Assembly: GCF_009914755.1 (NCBI RefSeq)
Contig: NC_060946.1
From: the human T2T-CHM13v2.0 reference genome, Homo sapiens
Reading direction: 5' to 3' (one strand)
DNA length: 64,000 nucleotides
Each line of letters starts with the position of its first letter. Position 1 is the stretch's first letter. The notes beneath the pieces are model-generated. The model worked only from the letters and a program-made list of their open reading frames with translations. It had not been told where the DNA came from and did not search any database. Made by a program: the position numbers and the translations under genes. Positions 12,355-28,000 of the stretch are shown piece by piece.

Positions 12355-14490
12355 GGAATGGAATGGATCGGAATGGAATCCAATGGAATCAACTGTAATG
12401 GAATGGAATGGAATGGAATAAATCCGGGTGGAATAGAATGGAATGTAATGGAGTGGAAAGGAATGGAATTTAGTAGTGTGGAATGTAATGGAATGGAATG
12501 GGATGGGATGGGATGGAATGGAATGGAATGGAACTTAATCAACACGAATGGAACGGAATGGAATGGAATGGAATCAACACGAATGACAAGGCATAGAATG
12601 GAATGGAATGGAATGGAATTTAATGGAATGGAATCAACCCGAATGGAATGGAACGGAATGGAATGGGATGGGATGGAATGGAATGGAATGCAAGTTAATC
12701 AACACGAATGGAATGGAACGGAATGGAATGGAATGAAAAGGAAAGGAACATAATGGCATCAACACGAGTGGAATGGAATGGAACGGAATGGAATCAACCC
12801 GAGTGGAATGAAATGGAATGTAATGCAATGGGATGGAGTGGAATCAACCCGAGTGGAATGGAATGGAATGGAATGGAATGGAATGGAATGGAATGGATCG
12901 GAATGGAATCCAATGGAATCAACTGGAATGGAATGGAATGGAATGGAATGGAAAGGAATGGAATGCAATGGAATGGAATAGAATGGAATAAATCCGGGTG
13001 GAGTGGAATGGAATGTAATGGAGTGGAATGTAATGGAATTTAGTGGAACGGAATGGAATGGAATGGAATGGAATGAAATCTATTGGATCGGAAAGGAATC
13101 CAATGGAATCAACTGGAATGGAATGGAATGGAATGGAATGGAACGGAATAAATCCGGTTGGAGTGGAATGGAATGTAATAGAGTGGAATGGAATAGAATT
13201 TAGAGGAATGGAATGGAATGGAATTTAGAGGAATGGAATGGAATGGAATGGAATGGAATGAAAAGGAAAGGAACAAAATGGAATCAACACGAGTGGAATG
13301 GTATGGAACGGAATGGAATTAACCCGAGTGGAATGAAATGGAATGTAATGCAATGGGATGGAGTGGAATCAACCCCAGTGGAATGGAATGGAATGGAACG
13401 GAATGGAATGGAGTGGAACGGAATGGAATGGAATGGAATGAAATGGAATGGATTGGAATGCAATCCAATGGAATCAACTGGAATGAAATGGAATGGAATG
13501 GAAAGGAATGGAATGGAATAAATCCGGGTGGAGTGGAATGGAATGTAACGGAGTGGAATGTAATGGAATTTAGTGGAATGGAATGGAATCGAATGGAATG
13601 AAATGGAATGGAATGGAATGGAATAAATCCGGGTGGAGTGGAATGGAATGTAATGGAGTGGAATGCAATGGAATTTAGTGGAATGGAATGGAATGGAATG
13701 GAATGAAATGGATTGGATCGGAAAGGAATCCAATGGAATCAAGTGGAATGCAATAGAATGGAATGGAATGGAATGGAATGGAATGGAATAAATCCGGGTG
13801 GAGTGGAATGGAATATAATGAAGTGGAATGGAATGGAATGTAGTGCAATGGAATGGAATGGAATGGAATGGAATGGAATGGAATGGAATGGAATCAACCC
13901 GAATTTAATTGAATGGAATGGAATGGAAAGGAATGGAATGGAATGGAATGGAATGGAATGGAATGGAATGGAATGGAATGGAATGGAATGGAATCAACCC
14001 GAATGGGATGGCATGGAATGGAATTGAATGGAATGGAATGGAATGGAATGGAGTGGAATCAACCCAAGTGCAATGGAATAGAATGGAATGCAATGGAATC
14101 CACCCGAGTGGAATGGAATGGAATGGAATGGAATGCAATGGAATGGAATGGAATCGAAAGGAATAGAATGGAGTGGAATGGAACGGAATGGAGTGGAATG
14201 CAATAAACACCAGGAGAATGAAATGGATTGGAATGAAATGGAATGGAATGGAATGGAATGGAATGAAATCAACCCGAGTTGAATAGAACGGAATGGAATG
14301 GAATGGAAAGGAATCAATGGAATGGAATGGTTTGGAATCAACACGAGAGGAATGGAATGGAATGGAACAGAACGGAATGGAAAGGAATGGAATGGAATGA
14401 ACACGAATGGAATGGAATGGATTGGAATGGAATGGAATGGAATCAACCTGAGCGGAAAGGAATGGAATGGAATGGAGTGGAATGGAATGT
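12355..14490 (+). repeat. ~2.15 kb block, copy 2 (paralogous to ~7160-9330)
   Basis: Carries the same private variants as copy 1, at an offset of 5160 over most of its length. Confidence 0.9.
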
Positions 14491-17400
14491 AATGTAATGG
14501 AATGGAATGGAATGGAATGGAATGGAATCAACACGAATGGAATGGAATGGAATGGAATGGGATGGGATGGAATGGAATGGAAGTTAATCAACACGAATGG
14601 AATGGAACGGAATGGAAAGGAATGGAATGGAATGGAATGGAATGGAATTGAATGGAATGAAATGGAAAGGAACCGAATGGAATCAACATGAGTGGAATGG
14701 AATGGAACGGAATGGAATCAACCCGAGTGGAATGAAATGGAATGTAATGCAATGGGATGGAGTGGAATCACCATGAGTCGAATGGAATGGAATGGAATGG
14801 AATGGAATGGAATGGAATGGAATGGAATGGAATGGAATGAAATGGAATGGATCGGAATGGAATCCAATGGAATCAACTGGAATGGAATGGAATGGAATGG
14901 AATAAATCCGGGTGGAGTGGAATGGAATGTAATGGAGTGGAATGGAATGGAATTTAGTGGTGTGTAATGGAATGGAATGGAATGGGATGGGATGGGATGG
15001 AATGGAATGGAATGGAACTTAATCATCACGAATGGAACGGAATGCAATGGAATGGAATGGAATGGAATGGAATGGAATGGAATGGAATGGAATGAAATGG
15101 AATGGAATGGAATGGAATGGAATGAAATGGAATGGAATGGAATGGAATGGAATGAAATGGAATGGAATGGAATGGAATGAAATGGAATGGAATGGAATGG
15201 AATCAACACGAATGACATGGCATAGAATGGAATGGAATGGAATGGAATGGAATGGAATCGACCCGAATGGAATGGAACGGAATGGAATGGGATGGGATGG
15301 AATGGAATGGAATGCAAGTTAATCAACACGAATGGAATGGAACGGAATGGAATGGAATGAAAAGGAAAGGAACATAATGGCATCAACACGAGTGGAATGG
15401 AATGGAACGGAATGGAATCAACCCGAGTGGAATGAAATGGAATGTAATGCAATGGGATGGAGTGGAATCAACCCGAGTGGAATGGAATGGAATGGAATGG
15501 AATGGAATGGAATGGAATGGATCGCAATGGAATCCAATGGAATCAACTGGAATGGAATGGAATGGAATGGAACGGAATGGAATGGAATGCAATGGAATGG
15601 AATGGAATGTAATAAATCCGGGTGGAGTGGAATGGAATGTAATGGAATGTAATGGAATTTAGTGGAATGGAATGGAATGGAATGAAATCTATTGGATCGG
15701 AATGGAATCCAATGGAATCCACTGGAATGGAATGGAATGGAATGGAATGGAACGGAATAAATCCGGTTGGAGTGGAATGGAATGTAATAGAGTGGAATGG
15801 AATGGAATTTAGAGGAATGGAATGGAATGGAATGGAATGGAATGGAATGGAATGGAATGGAATCAACCCGAATGGAATGGAATTGAATGGAATGGAATGG
15901 AATGGAATGGGATGGAATGGAATGGAATGGAATGGAATGGAATCAACACGAATGGCATGGCATAGAATGGAATGGAATGGAATGGAATGCAATGGAATGG
16001 AATGGAATGCAATGGAATGGAATGGAATGGAATGGAATCAACCCAAGTGCAATGGAATGGAATGGAATGCAATGGAATCCACCCGAGTGGAATGGAATGG
16101 AATGAAATGGAATGGAATGGAATGGAGTGGAATGGAACGCAATGGAGTGGAATGGAATAAACACCAGGGGAATGAAATGGATTGGAATGAAATGGAATGG
16201 AATGGAATGGAATGGAATGGAATGAAATCAACCCGAGTGTAATGGAGCGGAATGGAATGGAATGGAAAGGAATGAATGGAATGGAATGGTGTGGAATCAA
16301 CACGAGAGGAATGGAATGGAATGGAATGGAATGGAACGGAATGGAAAGGAGTGGAATGGAATGAACCCGAATGGAATGGAATGGATTTGAATGGAATGGA
16401 ATGGAATCAACCTGAGCGGAAAGGAATGGAATAGAATGGAGTGGAATGGAATGTAACGGAATGGAATGGAATGGAATGGAATCAACACGAATGGAATGGA
16501 ACGGAATGTAATGGGATGGGATGGAATGGAAGAGAATGGATGTTAATCAACACGAATGGAATGGAATGGAATGGAATGGAACGGATCGGAATGGAATCCA
16601 ATGGAATCAACTGGAATGGAATGGAATGGAATGGAATGGAATGGAATGGAATGGAATGGAGTGGAATGCAATGGAATGGAATGGAATAAATCCGGGTGGA
16701 GTGGAATGGAATGTAATGGAGTGGAATGTAATGGAATTTAGTGGAATGGAATGGAATGGAATGGAATGGAATGAAATCTATTGGATTAGAATGGAATCCA
16801 ATGGAATCAACTGGAATGGAATGGAATGGAATGGAACGGAAAGGAATGAAAAGGAAAGGAACAAAATGGAATCAACACGAGTGGAATGGAATGGAACGGA
16901 ATGGAATTAACCTGAATGGAATGAAATGGAATGTAATGCAATGGGATGGAGTGGAATCAACCCCAGTGGAATGGAACGGAATGGAATGGAATGGAATGGA
17001 ATGAAAAGGAATGGATCGGAATGGAATCCAATGGAATCAACTGGAATGAAATGGAATGGAATGGAAAGGAATGGAATGGAATGGAATAAATCCGGGTGGA
17101 GTGGAATGGAATGTAATGGAGTGGAATGTAATGGAATTTAGTGGAATGGAATGCAATGGAATGGAATGAAATGGATTGGATCAGAAAGGAATCCAATGGA
17201 ATCAACTGGAATGGAATGGAATGGAATGGAACGGAATAAATCCGGCTGGAGTGGAATGGAATGTAATGGAGTTGAATGTAATGGAATTTAGTGGAATGGA
17301 ATGGAATGGAATGGAATGGAATGAAATCTATTGCATCAGAATGGAATCCAATGGAATCAACTGGAATGGAATGGAATGGAATGGAACGGAATGAAAAGGA

Positions 17401-17589
17401 AAGGAACAAAATGGAATCAACACGAGTGGAATGGAATGGTACGGAATGGAATTAACCCGAGTGGAATGAAATGGAATGTAATGCACTGGGATGGAGTGGA
17501 ATCAACCCCAGTGGAATGGAATGGAATGGAATGGAATGGAATGGAATGGAATGGAACGGAATGGAATGGAATGGAATGAAAGGGAATGG

Positions 17590-20500
17590 ATCGGAATGGA
17601 ATCCAATGGAATCAACTGGAATGAAATGGAATGGAATGGAAAGGAATGGAATGGAATGGAATAAATCCGGGTGGAGTGGAATGGAATGTAATGGAGTGGA
17701 ATGTAATGGAATTTAGTGGAATGGAATGGAATCGAATGGAATGAAATGGAATGGAATGGAATGGAATAAATCCGGGTGGAGTGGAATGGAATGTAATGGA
17801 GTGGAATGTAATGGAATTTAGTGGAATGGAATGGAATTGAATGGAATGAAATGGATTGGATTGGAAAGGAATCCAATGGAATCAAATGGAATGCAATAGA
17901 ATGGAATGGAATGGAATGGAATGGAATGGAATCAACACGAATGGAATGGAATGGAATGGAAAGGAATGGAATGGAATGGAATGGAATGGAATGGAATGGA
18001 ATGGAATGGAATCAACCCGAATGGGATGGCATGGAATGGAATTGAATGGAATGGAATGGAATGGAATGGAATGGAGTGGAATCAACCCAAGTGAATGGAA
18101 TAGAATGGAATGCAATGGAATCCACCCGAGTGGAATGGAATGGAATGGATCGGAATGGAATCCAATGGAATCAACTGGAATGGAATGGAATGGAATGGAA
18201 TGCAATGGAATGGAATGGAATGGAATAAATCCGGCTGGAGTGGAATGGAATGTAATGGAGTGGAATGTAATGGAATTTAGTGGAATGGAATGGAATGGAA
18301 TGGAATGGAATGAAATCTATTGGATCCGAATGGAATCCAATGGAATCAACTGGAATGGAATGGAATGGAATGGAATGGAACGGAATAAATCCGGTTGGAG
18401 TGGAATGGAATGTAATAGAGTGGAATGGAATGGAATGCAATTTAGATGAATGGAATGGAATGGAATTTAGAGGAATGGAATGGAATGGAATGGAATGGAA
18501 TGAAAAGGAAAGGAACAAAATGGAATCAACACGAGTGGAATGGAATGGAACGGAATGGAATTAACCCGAGTGGAATGAAATGGAATGTAATGCAATGGGA
18601 TGGAGTGGAATCAACCCCCGTGGAATGGAATGGAATGGAACGGAATGGAATGGAATGGAACGGAATGGAATGGAATGGAATGAAATGGAATGGATCGGAA
18701 TGGAATCCAATGGAATCAACTGGAATGAAATGGAATGGAATGGAAAGGAATGGAATGGAATGGAATAAATCCGGGTGGAGTGGAATGGAATGTAATGGAG
18801 TGGAAAGCAATGGAATTTAGTGGAATGGAATGGAATGAAATGGATTGGATCAGAAAGGAATCCAATGGAATCAAATGGAATGCAATAGAATGGAATGGAA
18901 TGGAATGGAATGGAATGGAATGCAATAAATCCGGGTGGAGTGGAATGGAATGTAATGAAGTGGAATGGAATGGAATTTAGTGCAATGGAATGGAATGGAA
19001 TGGAATGGAATGGAATGGAATGGAATAAACCCGAATGGGATGGCATGGAATGGAATTGAATGGAATGGAATGGAATGGAATGGAATGGAGTGGAATCAAC
19101 CCAAGTGAATGGAATAGAATGGAATGCAATGGAATCCACCCGAGTGGAATGGAATGGAATGGAATGGAATGGAATGGAATGCAATGGAATGGAATGGAAT
19201 TGAAAGGAATAGAATGGAGTGGAATGGAACAGAATGGAGTAGAATGCAATAAACACCAGGGGAATGAAATGGATTGGAATGAAATGGAATGGAATGGAAT
19301 GGAATGGAATGAAATCAACCCGAGTTGAATAGAACGGAATGGAATGGAATGGAAAGGAATGAATGGAATGGAATGGTTTGGAATCAACACGAGACGAATG
19401 GAATGGAATGGAATGGAACGGAACGGAATGGAAAGGAATGGACTGGAATGAATCCGAATGGAAATGGAATGGATTGGAATGGAATGGAATGGAATCAACC
19501 TGAGCGGAAAGGAATGGAATGGAATGGAGTGGAATGGAATGTAACGGAATGGAATGGAATGGAATGGAATCAACATGAATGGAATGGAATGGAATGGAAT
19601 GGGATGGGATGGAATGGAATGGAATGGATGTTAGTCAACACGAATGGAATGGAATGGATTGGAATGGAATGAAAAGGAAAGGAACAGAATGGAATCAACA
19701 CGAGTGGAATGGAATGGAATGGAATGGAATCAACCCGAGTGGAATGAAATGGAATGTAATGCAATGGGATGGAGTGGAATCAACCCGAGTGGAATGGAAT
19801 GGAATGGAATGGAATGGAATGGAATGGAATGGAATGAAAAGCAATGGATCTGAATGGAATCCAATGGAATTAACTGGAATGGAATTTAATGGAATGGAAT
19901 GAAATGGATTGGATGGGAATTGAATCCAATGGAATCAACTGGAATGGAATGGAATGGAATGGAATGGAATGGAATGGAATGGAATAAATCCGGGTGGAGT
20001 GGAATGGAATGTAATGGAGTGGAATGGAATGTAATTCAGTGGAATGGAATGGAATGGAATCGAATGGAATCGAATGGAATGGAATCAAACCGAATGGAAT
20101 GGAACGGAATGGAATGGAAAGGAATGGAATGGAATGGAATGGAATGGAATGGAATGGAATGGAATGGAATGGAATCAACCGAAGTGCAATGGAATGGAAT
20201 GGAATGGAATGGAATGGAATGGAATGGAATGGAATGGAATGGAGTGGAATGGAACGGAATGAAGTGGAATGGAATAAACACCAGGGGAATGAAATGGATT
20301 GGAATGAAATGGAATGGAATGGTATGGAATGAAATGAAATCAACCCGAGTGGAATGGAACGGAATGGAATGGAATGGAAAGGATTGAATGGAATGGAATG
20401 GTGTGGAATCAAAAAGAGAGGAATGGAATGGAATGGAATGGAACGGAATGGAAAGGAATGGAATGGAATGAACCCGAATGGAATGGAATGGATTGGAATG

Positions 20501-23500
20501 GAATGGAATGGAAACAACCCGAGCTTAAAGGAATGGAATTGAATGGAGTGGAATGGAATGTAATGTAATGGAATGGAATGGAATGGAATCAACACGAATG
20601 GAATGGAACGGAATGGAATGGGATGGGATGGAATGGAATGGAATGAAATGGATTGGATCGGAATGGAATCCAATGGAATCAACTGGAATGGAATGGAAAT
20701 GAATGGAATGGAATAAATCCGGGTGGAGTGGAATGGAATGGAATGGAGTGGAATGGAATGGAATTTAGTGGAATGGAATGGAATGGAATGGAATGGAATG
20801 GAACGGAATGGAAAGGAATCAACCCGAAAGGAATGGAACGGAATGGAATGGAATGGAATGGAATGGAATGGAATGGAATGGAATCAACCCAAGTGCAATG
20901 GAATGGAATGGAATGCAATGGAATCCACCCGAGTGGAATGCAACAGAATGGAATGGAATGGAATGGAATGGAATGGAATGGAATGGAATGGAATTGAATG
21001 GAATGGAGTGGAATGGAACAGAATGGAGTGGAATGGAATAAACACCAGGGGAATGAAATGGGTTGGAATGAAATGGAATGGAAGGGAATGGAATGGAATG
21101 GAATGAAATCAACCCGAGTGGAATGGAACGGAATGGAATGGAATGGAAAGGAATGAATGGAATGGAATGGTGTGGAATCAACACGAGAGGAATGGAATGG
21201 AATGGAATGGAATCAACACGAATTGAATGGAATGGAATGGAATGGGATGGGATGGAATGGAATGGAAGTTAATCAACACGAACGGAATGGAACGGAATGG
21301 AAAGGAATGGAATGGAATGGAATGGAATGGAATGGAATGGAATTGAATGGAATGACATGGAAAGGAACGGAATGGAATCAACATGAGTGGAATGGAATGG
21401 AACGGAATGGAATCAACCCTAGTGGAATGAAATGGAATGTAATGCAATGGGATGGAGGGGAATCAACACGAGTCGAATGGAATGGAATGGAATGGAATGG
21501 AATGGAATGGAATGGAATGGATCGGAATGGAATCCAATGGAATCAACTGGAATGGAATGGAATGGAATGGAAAGGAATGGAATGGAATGGAATAAATCCG
21601 GGTGGAGTGGAATGGAATGTAATGGAGTGGAATGTAATGGAATTTAGTGGAATGGAATGGAATCGAATGGAATGAAATGGAGTGGAATGGAATGGAATAA
21701 ATCCGGGTGGAGTGGAATGGAATGTAATGGAGTGGAATGTAATGGAATTTAGTGGAATGGAATGGAATGGAATGGAATGAAATGGATTGGATTGGAAAGG
21801 AATCCAATGGAATCAAATGGAATGCAATAGAATGGAATGGAATGGAATGGAATGGAATGGAATGGAATGGAATGGAATCAACACGAATGGAATGGAATGG
21901 AATGGAAAGGAATGGAATGGAATGGAATGGAATGGAATGGAATGGAATCAACCCGAATGGGATGGCATGGAATGGAATTGAATGGAATGGAATGGAATGG
22001 AATGGAATGGAGTGGAATCAACCCAAGTGAATGGAATAGAATGGAATGCAATGGAATCCACCCGAGTGGAATGGAATGGAATGGATCGGAATGGAATCCA
22101 ATGGAATCAACTGGAATGGAATGGAATGGAATGTAATGGAATGGAATGGAATGCAATGGAATGGAATGGAATGCAATAAATCCGGGTGGAGTGGAATGGA
22201 ATGTAATGGAGTGAAATGCAATGGAATTTAGTGGAATGGAATGGAATGGAATGGAATGAAATGGATAGGATCGGAAAGGAATCCAATGGAATCAAATGGA
22301 ATGCAATAGAATGGAATGGAATGGAATGGAATGGAATGCAATAAATCCGGGTGGAGTGGAATGGAATATAATGAAGTGGAATGGAATGGAATTTAGTGCA
22401 ATGGAATGGAATGGAATGGAATGGAATGGAATGGAATGGAATCAACCCGAATTTAATTGAATGGAATGGAATGGAAAGGAATGCAATGGAATGGAATGGA
22501 ATGGAATGGAATGGAATGGAATGGAATGGAATGGAATGGAATCAACCCGAATGGGATGGCATGGAATGGAATTGAATGGAATGGAATGGAATGGAATGGA
22601 GTGGAATCAACCCAAGTGAATGGAATAGAATGGAATGCAATGGAATCCACCCGAGTGGAATGGAATGGAATGGAATGGAATGGAATGGAATGGAATGCAA
22701 TGGAATGGAATGGAATCGAAAGGAATAGAATGGAGTGGAATGGAACAGAATGGAGTGGAATGCAATAAACACCAGGGGAATGAAATGGATTGGAATGAAA
22801 TGGAATGGAATGGAATGGAATGGAATGAAATCAACCCGAGTTGAATAGAACGGAATGGAATGGAATGGAAAGGAATGAATGGAATGGAATGGTTTGGAAT
22901 CAACACGAGAGGAATGGAATGGAATGGAATGGAACGGAACGGAATGGAAAGGAATGGACTGGAATGAATCCGAATGGAATGGAATGGATTGGAATGGAAT
23001 GGAATGGAATCAACCTGAGCGGAAAGGAATGGAATGGAATGGAGTGGAATGGAATGTAACGGAATGGAATGGAATGGAATGGAATCAACATGAATGGAAT
23101 GGAACGGAATGGAATGGGATGGGATGGAATGGAATGGAATGGAAGTTAGTCAACACGAATGGAATGGAATGGATTGGAATGGAATGAAAAGGAAAGGAAC
23201 AGAATGGAATCAACACGAGTGGAATGGAATGGAATGGAATGGAATCAACCCGAGTGGAATGAAATGGAATGTAATGCAATGGGATGGAGTGGAATCAACG
23301 CGAGTGGAATGGAATGGAATGGAATGGAATGGAATGGAATGAAATGGAATCCAATGGAATTAACTGGAATGGAATGGAATGGAATGGAATGAAATGGATT
23401 GGATCGGAATTGAATCCAATGGAATCAACTGGAATGGAATGGAATGGAATGGAATGGAATGGAATGGAATGGAATAAATCCGGGTGGAGTGGAATGGAAT

Positions 23501-25030
23501 GTAATGGAGTGGAATGGAATGTAATTCAGTGGAATGGAATGGAATGGAATCGAATGGAATCGAATGGAATGGAATCAAACCGAATGGAATGGAACGGAAT
23601 GGAATGGAAAGGAATGGAATGGAATGGAATGGAATGGAATGGAATGGAATGGAATGGAATCAACCGAAGTGCAATGGAATGGAATGGAATGGAATGGAAT
23701 GGAATGGAATGGAGTGGAATGGAACGGAATGAAGTGGAATGGAATAAACACCAGGGGAATGAAATGGATTGGAATGAAATGGAATGGAATGGAATGGAAT
23801 GAAATGAAATCAACCCGAGTGGAATGGAACGGAATGGAATGGAATGGAAAGGATTGAATGGAATGGAATGGTGTGGAATCAAAAAGAGAGGAATGGAATG
23901 GAATGGAACGGAACGGAATGGAAAGGAATGGAATGGAATGAACCCGAATGGAATGGAATGGATTGGAATGGAATGGAATGGAAACAACCGGAGCTTAAAG
24001 GAATGGAATTGAATGGAGTGGAATGGAATGTAATGTAATGGAATGGAATGGAATGGAATCAACACGAATGGAATGGAACGGAATGGAATGGTATGGGATG
24101 GAATGGAATGGAATGAAATGGATTGGATCGGAATGGAATCCAATGGAATCAACTGGAATGGAATGGAAATGAATGGAATGGAATAAATCCGGGTGGAGTG
24201 GAATGAAATGGAATTGAGTGGAATGGAATGGAATTTAGTGGAATGGAATGGAATGGAATGGAATGGAATGGAATGGAAAGGAATCAACCCGAAAGGAATG
24301 GAATGGAATGGAATGGAATGGAATGGAATGGAATGGAATGGAATGGAATCAAACCAAGTGCAATGGAATGGAATGGAATGCAATGGAATCCACCCGAGTG
24401 GAATGCAACAGAATGGAATGGAATGGAAAGGAATGGAATGGAATGGAATAGAATGGAATGGAATGGAATGGAATTGAATGGAATGGAGTGGAATGGAACA
24501 GAATGGAGTGGAATGGAATAAACACCAGGGGAATGAAATGGGTTGGAATGAAATGGAATGGAAGGGAATGGAATGGAATGGAATGAAATCAACCCGAGTG
24601 GAATGGAACGGAATGGAATGGAATGGAAAGGAATGAATGGAATGGAATGGTGTGGAATCAACAGGAGAAGAATGGAATGGAATGGAATGGAATCAACACG
24701 AATGGAATGGAATGGAATGGAATGGGATGGGATGGAATGGAATGGAAGTTAATCAACACCAAAGGAATGGAACGGAATGGAAAGGAATGGAATGGAATGG
24801 AATGGAATGGAATGGAATTGAATGGAATGAAATGGAAAGGAACGGAATGGAATCAACATGAGTGGAATGGAATGGAACGGAATGGAATCAACCCTAGTGG
24901 AATGAAATGGAATGTAATGCAATGGGATGGAGGGGAATCAACACGAGTCGAATGGAATGGAATGGAATGGAATGGAATGGAATGGAATGGAATGGAATGG
25001 ATCGGAATGGAATCCAATGGAATCAACTGG
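17590..25030 (+). repeat. ~3.9/3.5 kb tandem duplication (junction ~21520); the second copy lacks ~540 bp corresponding to ~18230-18760
   Basis: ORF-track offsets are 3931-3936 (17821/21752, 18046/21982) and then 3470-3516 (19325/22841, 20354/23824, 21078/24558). Shared variants: CAACCCAAGTGAATGG, GGACTGGAATGAATCCG, GGAATTGAATCC, CAACCCTAGT. Confidence 0.8.
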
Positions 25031-28000
25031 AATGGAATGGAATGGAATGGAATAAATCCGGGTGGAGTGGAATGGAATGTAATGGAGTGGATTGGAATGG
25101 AATTTAGTGGTGTGGAATGGAATGGAATGGAATGGGATGGGATGCGACGGAATGGAAAGGAATGGAACTTAATCAACACGAATGGAACAGAATGCAATGG
25201 AATGGAATGGAATGGAATGGAATGGAATCAACACGAATGACATGGCATAGAATGGACTGGAATGGAATGGAATGGAATGGAATCAACCCGAATGGAATGG
25301 AACGGAATGGAATGGGATGGGATGGAATGGAATGGAATGCAAGTTAATCAACACGAATGGAATGGAACGGAATGCAATGGAATGAAAAGGAAAGGAACAT
25401 AATGGCATCAACACGAGAGGAATGGAATGGAACGGAATGGAATCAACCCGAGTGGAATGAAATGGAATGTAATGCAATGGGATGGAGTGGAATCAACCCG
25501 AGTGGAATGGAATGGAATGGAATGGAATGGAATGGAATGGATCGGAATGGAATCCAATGGAAACAACGGGAATGGAATGGAATGGAATGGAATGGAATGG
25601 AACGGAATAAATCCGGTTGGAGTGGAATGGAATGTAATAGAGTGGAATGGAATGGAATTTAGAGGAATGGAATGCAATGGAATGGAATGGAATGTAATGG
25701 AATCAACCCGAATGGAATGGAACGGAATGGAACGGAATGGAATGGGATGGAATGGAATGGAATGGAATGGAATGGAATGGAATCAACACGAATGGCACGG
25801 CATAGAATGGAATGGAATGGAATGGAATGCAATGGAATGGAATGGAATGGAATCAACCCAAGTGCAATGGAATGGAATGGAATGCAATGGAATCCACCCG
25901 AGTGGAATGGAATGGAATGAAATGGAATGGAATGGAATTTAGTGGAATGGAACGCAATGGAGTGGAATGGAATAAACACCAGGGGAATGAAAAGGATTGG
26001 AATGGAATGGAATGGAATGGAATGGAATGGAATGAAATCAACCCGAGTGTAATGGAGCGAAATGGAATGGAATGGAAAGGAATGAATGGAATGGAATGGT
26101 GTGGAATCAACACGAGAGGAATGGAATGGAATGGAATGGAACAGAACGGAATGGAAAGGAGTGGAATGGAATGAACCCGAATGGAATGGAATGGATTGGA
26201 ATGGAATGGAATGGAATCAACCTGAGCGGAAAGGAATGGAATAGAATGGAGTGGAACGGAATGTAACGGAATGGAATGGAATGGAATGGAATCAACACGA
26301 AAGGAATGGAACGGAATGGAATGGGATGGGATGGAATGGAAGAGAATGGATGTTAATCAACACGAATGGAATGGAATGGAATGGAATGGAATGGAATGGA
26401 TCGGAATGGAATCCAATGGAATCAACTAGAATGGAATGGAATGGAATGGAATGGAATGGAATGAAAACGAAAGGAACAAAATGGAATCAACACGAGTGGA
26501 ATGGAATGGAACGGAATGGAATTAACCCGAGTGGAATGAAATGGAATGTTATGCAATGTGATGGAGTGGAATCAACCCCAGTGGAATGGAATGGAATGGA
26601 ATGGAATGGAATGGAATGGAATGGAATGAAATGGAATGGATCGGAATGGAATCCAATGGAATCAACTGGAATGAAATGGAATGGAATGGAAAGGAATGGA
26701 ATGGAATGGAATGAATCCGGGTGGAGTGGAACGGAATGTAATAGAGTGGAATGTAATGGAATTTAGTGGAATGGAATGGAATGGAATGGAATGAAATGGA
26801 TTGGATGGGAAAGGAATCCAATGGAATCAACTGGAATCAATGGAATGGAATGGAATGGAATGCAATGGAATAAATCCGGGTGGAGTGGAATGGAATGTAA
26901 TGGAGTGGAATGGAATGGAATTTAGTGCAATGGAATGGAATGGAATGGAATGGAATGGAATGGAATGGAATCAACCCGAATGGAATGGAATGGAATGGAA
27001 AGGAATGGAATGGAATGGAATGGAATGGAATGGAATGGAATGGAATGGAATCAACCCGAATGGGATGGCATGGAATGGAATTGAATGGAATGGAACGGAA
27101 TGGAATGGAATCAACCCAAGTGCAATGGAATAGAATGGAATGCAATGGAATCCACCCGAGTGGAATGGAATGGAATGGAATGGAATGGAATGGAATGGAA
27201 TGGAATGGAATGCAATGGAATGGAATGGAATCGGAAGGAATAGAATGGAGTGGAATGGAACGGAATGGAGTGGAATGCAATAAACACCAGGGGAATGAAA
27301 TGGATTGGAATGGAATGGAATGGAATGGAATGGAATGGAATGGAATGGAAGTTAGTCAACACGAATGGAATGGAATGGAATGGAATGGAATGAAAAGGAA
27401 AGGAACAGAATGGAATCAACACGAGTGGAATGGAATGGAACGGAATGGAATTAACCCGAGTGGAATGAAATGGAATGTTATGCAATGTGATGGAGTGGAA
27501 TCAACCCAAGTGGAATGAAATTGAATGTAATGCAATAGGATGGAGTGGAATCAACCCGAGTGGAATGGAATGGAATGGAATGGAATGGAATGGAATGAAA
27601 TGGAATGGATCGGAATGGAATCCAATGGAATTAACTGGAATGGAATGGAATGGAATGGAATGGAATGGAATGGAATGGAATGAAATATATTGGATTGGAA
27701 TGGAATCCAATGGAATCAACTGGAATGGAATGGAATGGAATGGAATGGAATGGAATGGAATAAATCCGGTTGGAGTGCAATGGAATGTAATAGAGTGGAA
27801 TGGAATGGAATTTAGAGGAATGGAATGGAATGGAATGGAATGGAATGGAATGGAATGGAAAGGAATGGAATGGAATGAAATAAATCCGGGTGGAGTGGAA
27901 TGGAATGTAATGGAGTGGAATGCAATGGAATTTAGTGGAATGGAATGGAATGGAATGGAATGGAATGAAATGGATTGGATCGGAAAGGAATCCAATGGAA

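Noticed and set aside
17590-25030. Yq12 DYZ1 (~3.5 kb unit) assignment, suggested by ~3.5 kb offsets
   Set aside because: The ~3.5 kb offsets are local and irregular, not a continuous array period. A subfamily or chromosome call needs k-mer comparison with reference arrays, which I cannot run.
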